From an uncultured Mycoplasmatota bacterium (GTDB lineage: Bacteria; Bacillota_I; Bacilli_A; RF39; UBA660): DNA of 59,560 nt. The translations under genes and the position numbers were made by a program. This document shows positions 39,266 to 46,069 of this stretch, in pieces (the stretch's first letter is position 1; each line of letters opens with the position of its first letter). The notes under the pieces are model-generated. The model searched no databases. It saw only the letters and a program-made list of their open reading frames with translations, and was not told where the DNA came from. The stretch is taken from contig URDT01000004.1 of the NCBI GenBank assembly GCA_900546745.1, positions 1-59,560 of the forward strand, written 5' to 3'.

Positions 39266-39393
39266 ATAATTATTAATATCATGTGTTTTAATTATTCATC
39301 ATATTGAAATATTTTATTTTTTAACAATTATATTTACTTCATTAATATAATTGTTAATTCTTTTTTACAATACATCTTATATCAGAAATATTG

Positions 39394-40185
39394 TTATTTA
39401 AAAATATTGCTTTTTTTTAGTACTTCACATAAATCTACTTCTAAACAATATTCTACAAATTGATTATCTTTTTCAACAATATTATTAGAAACTAAATAAT
39501 CAGAAACAACATTTGCAAGCGGATACTGTAATAAAACATTTACTATACCTTCCGAAATATCATATTTGATTATCTTTTTCACTTTAGTTATATCTATATC
39601 CTTTTCATCAATATTACCCTTTTTTTCATACAGATCTTCGTAATATAACTGACTACTAATTGCATCAATCATTTTGGATTCAAAAAATAATCTATTATTC
39701 CTTCTAGTAAATATTAAATGCTCATACTTATCAGAGCATAGATATTGTTCTAATTTTTTTTCTAAATAAAATGCCCATGTTTCTGATAAAAACCAATATC
39801 TATCTTCTATTATTTTTGGATTACTATTTCTATCAATATAATGAGCTAATTCATGGACTAACATGAAAATATCACTATCATTACCATTTAATCTTATGAA
39901 TGCTTCATTTATAGATGTATCGACATAAGATTTGCAACTATCATTTATTATTATTTTTCCTTCTTTGATTCCACTGATAATCATATTGTAGTATTCACTA
40001 TTGTACTGTTTATAAAATTGAAGAACTATTTTCATAGGACTATTAATAAGTTTTGTGTATTCTTCTTTTTTATAATCATTACTAAAATGTTTTGCTAACA
40101 AATCAATTACATCTCTTTCAATGAATTTTCTATACTTCACTTCTGATTTTATCTTTTCTATAAATTCTTGGTTATTCAATTGCAT
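39394..40185 (-). CDS. putative gluzincin-type metallopeptidase (HEXXH + E), cassette C
   Basis: 263 aa. FMLVHELAHYIDRN is followed about 25 aa later by FLSETWAFYLE, the HEXXH...E arrangement of M3-like peptidases. No signal peptide. Confidence 0.5.
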   Translation of the reverse strand: MQLNNQEFIEKIKSEVKYRKFIERDVIDLLAKHFSNDYKKEEYTKLINSPMKIVLQFYKQYNSEYYNMIISGIKEGKIIINDSCKSYVDTSINEAFIRLNGNDSDIFMLVHELAHYIDRNSNPKIIEDRYWFLSETWAFYLEKKLEQYLCSDKYEHLIFTRRNNRLFFESKMIDAISSQLYYEDLYEKKGNIDEKDIDITKVKKIIKYDISEGIVNVLLQYPLANVVSDYLVSNNIVEKDNQFVEYCLEVDLCEVLKKSNIFK

Positions 40186-40525
40186 ATAATCCTTCCTTGA
40201 TAACTCATTTGTATCAGATTTTAATATTTTTATTTTATCATTGATTGCTTTTTAAAGCAACGAAATATCATTTTTCAGATATTCATTTGTCAATAAAATA
40301 GTTTTTATACTTTAATTACATAAAAATACATAATATTTAATTGGAAGGAGAAATGGACATGAATAACTGCAATTGTAATGATGATTATGAAAGTGCTAGA
40401 AAAAAATAGAAGAATGTAATAAAAATATAAAATTTTGCGATATTCAAGGTCCGACTGGTCCTAAAGGAGAAAAAGGGGATCCTAGTTCTATAGGATTACA
40501 AGGAAAAGTTGGACCAACGGGACCT

Positions 40526-41224
40526 ATGGGACCAAAGGGTGAAAATGGTCCAACCACGATTGAAATAGGAAAAATAGAAACAGTTAACCCAGAAATGAAC
40601 GCAGAGGTTATTAATACTGGGACAAATCAAGATATTATCCTAAATTTTAAAATTCCAAGAGGTATGGATGGAATACAGGGGCCTCAAGGACCAATAGGTC
40701 CTATGGGACTTCAAGGAGAACAAGGTATAGAAGGTCCTAAAGGAGAGAAAGGAGATCCTGGAGAAAAGGGAGAACAAGGAGAAGATGGAACGAGTAATGA
40801 CATTTTATATAACTCCTTATTTTTTGTGGATATTCCGGAAACAACAGTTGCGGGAATTGCACAGGTTGGCTCGTCAAAAAAGATACCAAATACGGATGAA
40901 TATTTTAAAATTAGTGAGTCGAGAAATATTAATATACAACAATCTGGTACCTACGAAATAACTTTAAATGGCAAAATTTCAGGGGTTACTTCCACAATTG
41001 GAGCTTCCTTTTATTTATATGATGTAACGAACAAAAAAAAAATATCTAATTCAACCTTACAATTAAGAAAAGGAAATATTTCAGAAATGACTTTTTCGAA
41101 ATTATTCTTATTAGAAGTAAATAATTTAATACAATTACAATTAAGAACAGAAATAGAAAATAATCAAACAGATAATATTACTTTTTCAGACATCAATATA
41201 CTAATAAAAAAATATAACATATAA
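40526..41224 (+). CDS. collagen-like triple-helix repeat protein (BclA/tail-fibre-like), apparently 5'-truncated by a frameshift
   Basis: G-X-Y run GPQGPIGPMGLQGEQGIEGPKGEKGDPGEKGEQGEDG, then a beta-rich C-terminal domain of about 130 aa. More G-X-Y coding sequence continues upstream in the same frame to 40400. A separate RBS plus ATG sits at 40353/40359 in another frame. Confidence 0.8.
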   Translation: MGPKGENGPTTIEIGKIETVNPEMNAEVINTGTNQDIILNFKIPRGMDGIQGPQGPIGPMGLQGEQGIEGPKGEKGDPGEKGEQGEDGTSNDILYNSLFFVDIPETTVAGIAQVGSSKKIPNTDEYFKISESRNINIQQSGTYEITLNGKISGVTSTIGASFYLYDVTNKKKISNSTLQLRKGNISEMTFSKLFLLEVNNLIQLQLRTEIENNQTDNITFSDINILIKKYNI

Positions 41225-41264
41225 TAACTTATTTTAAATATAATAAATAGATTTCTATAATTTT

Positions 41265-41290
41265 ACTGGCCATTAGGCTGGTTTTTTTTA
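41265..41290 (+). terminator. intrinsic terminator of the collagen-like gene
   Basis: ACUGGCC-AUUA-GGCUGGU hairpin (7 bp including two G-U pairs) followed by a T8 run. Confidence 0.6.
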
Positions 41291-41346
41291 TAACTACATT
41301 TTATAAATTTTCATATAATTTATAAAAAAAATGTATAGATACATTT

Positions 41347-42999
41347 CTATACATTTTTATCAATTTTGAATGTAACTTCGTAGCTATCTTCTAAATCAAT
41401 TTCTTCTGTTTCGATTTTAAAGCCATATTTTTCAATTGTTGCTGCACAATCTCTAATTGTATTAATTACAGTTTTCATATCAGCAGTGACAAAACGTTGA
41501 TTAGTTTGTGGTATAGGTACTTCTATATCGCCATTTTCATCGAATTTGACATTCTTATTTACAGAAAAGTTATCCATAACTTTTTCACTAGCATTCATAT
41601 TAGTAAAACTATCATCATCTGTTAAATTTAATGGTTCTATTGGCTTAGAAAAATCTACTAAATTAGAATCGAAACCATCATTATTGTTAGACACTACATT
41701 ATTTTCCACAGATATAGGTTTTGGTGTAGGATAAATAGATTCTTCTGGTGTCGAATCATCAGTTACTTGATTATTATAGTTTTCCACAGGTTGTTGTTGA
41801 AAACTATTAAATGAGTCATTCATTTGTTCATTTTTTGGTTCTTCCTTAACTGATGGTTGGGCAAATAAAGAATCTGTTCCAAAAATATTTGATGGATTTG
41901 ATATTGGTTCTCCAAAATCCATATTTACTTGTTTATCTTCTATATCTTCAACATAATTTGGATTCGTTTCTGAATTATTTATTCCAAACATATTAAAGAA
42001 TTTTCCACCCGTTACGGGAACTGTTTCTTCCTCTTTCTGCTCTGGTTGTTGTTCTACTTGCGACATAATATCTACAGGTTGTTCTGTTGGTTTTAATAAT
42101 TCATTTATATCGGCTGGTTCAGCTGGTTCTTTTACGATATCTGTAGCTTCTTTTTCAATTTTATCAATATCCATAAAGCCAGGATTAACATCTGAATTGT
42201 AGTTTTCCACAGGTTGTTGTGGAATATTTGTTTTTTGTTCTGGTTCTTCGTCTTCAAAAACAAATGAAGGTTGATTATTTTCTATAATGGGCTCTGTTGG
42301 AATATTAAATTCTTTTATTGTATCATCATTCATTGTCATTTCTCCCTTAGTTATTTCTTTTGCTTCATTATCTGATGTTGAATTATCAGATGAAGTACTA
42401 TTTAATAACTTTTCTATTTCTTCATCTGTCTTTCTAACAGTCATTCTTTCATTCATAATTCTATTTAACATTAATATTTGTTGATCATTATTTAATTTTA
42501 ATAATGATCTAGCATGTCTTTCTGAAATTTTGTTTTCCATCAAAGCTACCTGTACTTCATCATACAAATTCAAAAGTCTTAATTTATTAGCTATTGTTGA
42601 TTGCTTTTTACCTAGTTTTTCACCCAATGCCTCTTGACTAATATATCCCATATCCAAAATCTTTTTATACGAGATAGCTTCTTCTATTGGTGTTAAATCT
42701 TGACGTTGGACGTTTTCTATTAAAGCTACTTCAGCACTATTTTTATCATCTAGTGATGTAATAATTGCAGGAATTGTTGTTTTTCCCGCTAATATACTAG
42801 CTTTATATCTTCTCTCACCAGCTATAATTTCATATTTATCACTGATTTTTCTTACAACAATTGGCTGAATTACACCATGCAATTTAATAGATTCGGCAAG
42901 TTCATTAATTGCTTGTTCATTAAATTTAATTCTAGGTTGGAATCTATTTGGTAAAATATCATCAATGTTTAAAATTTGAATTTGTTTTTCCATTTCCAT
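41347..42999 (-). CDS. noc: Noc-type ParB-family protein with a low-complexity insertion of about 300 aa
   Basis: ParB N-terminal domain (PNRFQPR, GERRYKAS). The HTH region LGKKQSTIANKLRLLNL...ISERHARSLL and the C-terminus TADMKTVINTIRDCAATIEKYGFKIETEEIDLEDSYEVTFKI match Bacillus Noc rather than Spo0J. Located directly after rsmG. ATG at 42997..42999 behind AAGGAGG. Confidence 0.8.
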   Translation of the reverse strand: MEMEKQIQILNIDDILPNRFQPRIKFNEQAINELAESIKLHGVIQPIVVRKISDKYEIIAGERRYKASILAGKTTIPAIITSLDDKNSAEVALIENVQRQDLTPIEEAISYKKILDMGYISQEALGEKLGKKQSTIANKLRLLNLYDEVQVALMENKISERHARSLLKLNNDQQILMLNRIMNERMTVRKTDEEIEKLLNSTSSDNSTSDNEAKEITKGEMTMNDDTIKEFNIPTEPIIENNQPSFVFEDEEPEQKTNIPQQPVENYNSDVNPGFMDIDKIEKEATDIVKEPAEPADINELLKPTEQPVDIMSQVEQQPEQKEEETVPVTGGKFFNMFGINNSETNPNYVEDIEDKQVNMDFGEPISNPSNIFGTDSLFAQPSVKEEPKNEQMNDSFNSFQQQPVENYNNQVTDDSTPEESIYPTPKPISVENNVVSNNNDGFDSNLVDFSKPIEPLNLTDDDSFTNMNASEKVMDNFSVNKNVKFDENGDIEVPIPQTNQRFVTADMKTVINTIRDCAATIEKYGFKIETEEIDLEDSYEVTFKIDKNV

Positions 43000-43037
43000 A
43001 AAAACGCCCTCCTTTATTCTTAAATATACTATACTAT

Positions 43038-43072
43038 ATTTTGGGAAATAATTCAATATTTTTGGGAAATAA
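43038..43072. repeat. two direct copies of TTGGGAAATAA (NBS half-site GGGAAAT/ATTTCCC) in the noc promoter region
   Basis: tattttgggaaataa at 43037..43051 and tatttttgggaaataa at 43057..43072. The GGGAAAT cores are at 43043..43049 and 43064..43070, 21 bp apart. Confidence 0.4.
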
Positions 43073-43081
43073 AAAAAAGAA

Positions 43082-43783
43082 TTATAATTTTCTTTTTTTT
43101 ATTTCAGAATATTTTCTTGGATATTTTTTTACATCTCCATTTTTTTGAAATTTACAAATAGAACGAATACTATTTTCCACAGGTAAACTAAATTCACATA
43201 AATCAATAAATGTGGTGTTTAGTTCTTTCAAAGCATTCTTACTATCCTCTAATTCTTCTCTAACATTTCCTTTTAATGCTATGAAATAGCCACCAACTTT
43301 TGTCATAGGAATCGCATATTCCAACAATATACTTAAATTAGCAACGGCCCTAGCAGTTGTAACATCAAAACTATTTCGATGTAATAAAGCATATTCTTCT
43401 GCTCTGGTATGAATAACTTCTATATTTTTTAAATTTAGTGTATTTATTACATTATTTAAAAAATCAACTCTTTTATTTAAGGAATCTAACAATACAACTT
43501 TTAATTGTGGAAAAACTATTTTTAGTACTAAGCCAGGAAACCCTGCCCCCGTACCAATGTCACATAAATTACTTATTTTATTTAAGTCAATACTTTTTAC
43601 TATAGTCAAACTATCATAAAAATGTTTTAGATAAACTTCTTCCTTTTCTACAATTCCCGTTAAATTCATTACTTTATTTTTTTCTACTAGTAATTCATAA
43701 TATCGTTCTAATTGATTTAACTGATTATCATTCAATATAATTCCTATTTTTTTCAATTCTTCTATAAAATCATTAATTGGCAT
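43082..43783 (-). CDS. rsmG: 16S rRNA (guanine527-N7)-methyltransferase RsmG (GidB)
   Basis: 233 aa. MNLTGIVEKEEVYLKHFYDSL and DIGTGAGFPGLVLKI SAM motif. Confidence 0.9.
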   Translation of the reverse strand: MPINDFIEELKKIGIILNDNQLNQLERYYELLVEKNKVMNLTGIVEKEEVYLKHFYDSLTIVKSIDLNKISNLCDIGTGAGFPGLVLKIVFPQLKVVLLDSLNKRVDFLNNVINTLNLKNIEVIHTRAEEYALLHRNSFDVTTARAVANLSILLEYAIPMTKVGGYFIALKGNVREELEDSKNALKELNTTFIDLCEFSLPVENSIRSICKFQKNGDVKKYPRKYSEIKKRKL

Positions 43784-45668
43784 TATAATATTCCTTTCTC
43801 AAATAAATCATTAAAATAGAAATATCTGCTGGATTTACTCCACTAATTCTTAAAGCTTGTCCAATAGAAGTAGGATTTACTTCTTTTAATTTTTGACGAG
43901 CTTCACTTGCTAAATTAGATATTTTATCATAATCAATATCTACAGGAATTTTTTTATCTTCTAATTTTAACATTTTTTCTGCTTCTTTTTGTTCTTTAAT
44001 AATATAACCATCATACTTTATATTAATTTCAACCTGTTCTATTACCTCTTGATCATAATTAATTTCTAATAAACCATTTTCTTTTAATAATTCAATTGTA
44101 ATCTCAGGTCTTTTTAAAAAATCATAACAACTAATTCCATCTTTTAGCATAGGTGTATTCAAATTTTCCAATTTACTCATATTTTCTTTAGAAGGAGTTA
44201 TTTTTGTATTCTTAAGGAATTCGGTTAGTTCTAAGATTTGCTTCTTTTTATCTAAAAACTTCTGATATTGACTTTCTGATATTAATCCTACTTGATAACC
44301 ATATTCTCTTAATCTTAAATCAGCATTATCATGTCTTAGCAATAAACGATATTCTGCTCTAGAAGTAAGTAAACGGTAAGGATCACGAATTCCTTTTGTA
44401 ACTAAATCATCAATTAATACTCCAATATAAGCTTCATTTCGTTTTAAAATTAATGGCTCTTTTTTTTCTAACTTTAAAGCAGCATTAATACCAGCAATTA
44501 ATCCTTGACAAGCAGCTTCTTCATATCCACTTGTTCCATTAATTTGACCAGCCGTATATAAGCTTTCCACAATTTTTGTTTCAAGAGTTCTATTTAACTG
44601 TGTTGGGTAAATAGAATCATATTCAATAGCATATGCATACTTTAATATTTTGGCGTGTTCTAATCCTGGTAAACTATGAACCATCAATTCCTGAATATCA
44701 TGTGGCATACTAGTAGAAAAACCTTGTAAGTAAAATGTATTTCCGTAATTAAGATCTTCCTTTATCATACTTTCTGGTTCTAAAAATAATTGATGCTTTT
44801 CTTTGTCAGCAAAACGAACTATTTTATCCTCTATTGACGGACAATATCTTGGCCCGATTCCAGTGATATCGTCCAATCCACCGTACATACTGGCTTTATT
44901 TAAATTATCTTTAATAATTTTATGTGTCTCTGGAGTTGTATATATTAAATGACAAGGTATCTGATTTTCTATTGAATAATTAGGTTTATCATCAAAACTA
45001 AAACTCAATAAAGTATCTGATCCTTTTTCCACTTTTGTCTTCGTAAAATCAATTGTATCTTTATCAATTCTTTGAGGAGTCCCTGTTTTCAATCTTTTAA
45101 TTATAAATCCCAATTTTTTTAGATTATCACTTAAATGATTAGAAGGCTTTTCACCATGAGGTCCCTCTCTTCTTCTAGTATCCCCAACTAAAATATCAGC
45201 TTTCAAATATGTTCCTGTAGTTAAAATTACGGCTTTAGAGTATATTTTTTCCCCATTTTCAAGAATTATCCCCATAATCTTGTTGTTTTCCACAATTAAA
45301 TTTTCTACTAATCCTTCTTTTATTTCTAAATTAGATGTTTTACACAAAGTTTTCCACATTTCTTGTGGATAAATTACTTTATCAGCTTGAGCTCTAAGTG
45401 CTCGAATTGCAGGACCTTTTTTATTATTTAACATTTTCATTTGAATTTGGGCTTTATCAGCATTTTTTCCCATTTCTCCACCTAAAGCATCAATTTCTCT
45501 TACAACAATTCCTTTTGCGGATCCTCCTATAGATGGGTTACAAGGCATATCAGCAATGTTTTTTATATTTCCTGTAATTAATAAAGTTTTATGTCCCATA
45601 CGAGCTGAAGCTAAAGAGGCTTCACAACCGGCATGTCCACCACCTACAACAATAATTTCATAGTTCAT
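43773..45668 (-). CDS. mnmG: tRNA uridine 5-carboxymethylaminomethyl modification enzyme MnmG (GidA)
   Basis: IIVVGGGHAGCEA, PCNPSIGG, GPRYCPSIEDK and QINGTSGYEEAA. ATG at 45666..45668 behind AGGAAGTGA. Confidence 0.95.
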   Translation of the reverse strand: MNYEIIVVGGGHAGCEASLASARMGHKTLLITGNIKNIADMPCNPSIGGSAKGIVVREIDALGGEMGKNADKAQIQMKMLNNKKGPAIRALRAQADKVIYPQEMWKTLCKTSNLEIKEGLVENLIVENNKIMGIILENGEKIYSKAVILTTGTYLKADILVGDTRRREGPHGEKPSNHLSDNLKKLGFIIKRLKTGTPQRIDKDTIDFTKTKVEKGSDTLLSFSFDDKPNYSIENQIPCHLIYTTPETHKIIKDNLNKASMYGGLDDITGIGPRYCPSIEDKIVRFADKEKHQLFLEPESMIKEDLNYGNTFYLQGFSTSMPHDIQELMVHSLPGLEHAKILKYAYAIEYDSIYPTQLNRTLETKIVESLYTAGQINGTSGYEEAACQGLIAGINAALKLEKKEPLILKRNEAYIGVLIDDLVTKGIRDPYRLLTSRAEYRLLLRHDNADLRLREYGYQVGLISESQYQKFLDKKKQILELTEFLKNTKITPSKENMSKLENLNTPMLKDGISCYDFLKRPEITIELLKENGLLEINYDQEVIEQVEINIKYDGYIIKEQKEAEKMLKLEDKKIPVDIDYDKISNLASEARQKLKEVNPTSIGQALRISGVNPADISILMIYLRKEYYNAN

Positions 45669-45765
45669 AAATTTCACTTCCTAAACTTCAAATATTATAC
45701 TATTTTTTTACATTTCTAACAAGAATAATTAAAATATTTCAGAATATACTATATTGGAGGTTTTT

Positions 45766-46068
45766 ATGGAAAATAAAATAAATGATGATGTAAACATTTT
45801 GTTTTTAAAAGATATTGGGAAACTGCTAATAAAAGAAGAATTAAAATATTTGGCAATTGAACAGGAAAATTACATAGATTTAAAATCATTACCAATTGTA
45901 CATAACGATTATCTTAGTGTGTTATACGATTACTTAGCTTATGACTATGATCAATTGGACCCTATATATCAAGAAAAATATAAATTCTTTTCAAAACATT
46001 TAATAAAAAAACAAGATGGATTATATTATTATGATACGAAAACTTATACAAAAAAAAATAGGCATTAA
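45766..46068 (+). CDS. hypothetical protein (100 aa) on the opposite strand between mnmG and mnmE
   Basis: ATG at 45766 behind GGAGG (45757..45761). Y/D-rich, no recognisable family. The stop abuts the mnmE stop. Confidence 0.45.
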   Translation: MENKINDDVNILFLKDIGKLLIKEELKYLAIEQENYIDLKSLPIVHNDYLSVLYDYLAYDYDQLDPIYQEKYKFFSKHLIKKQDGLYYYDTKTYTKKNRH

Positions 46069-46069
46069 C

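Noticed and set aside
40248-40264. Palindrome ttgcttt-tt-aaagcaa in the divergent region between cassette C and the collagen-like gene
   Set aside because: It is short, AT-rich and occurs once, so it is indistinguishable from chance.
43054-43056. The TTG at the top of ORF 41347..43056 as the noc start, which would add MNYFPKYSIVYLRIKEGVF
   Set aside because: There is no RBS upstream and it lies inside the half-site repeats. The ATG at 42999 has a consensus AAGGAGG at ideal spacing.
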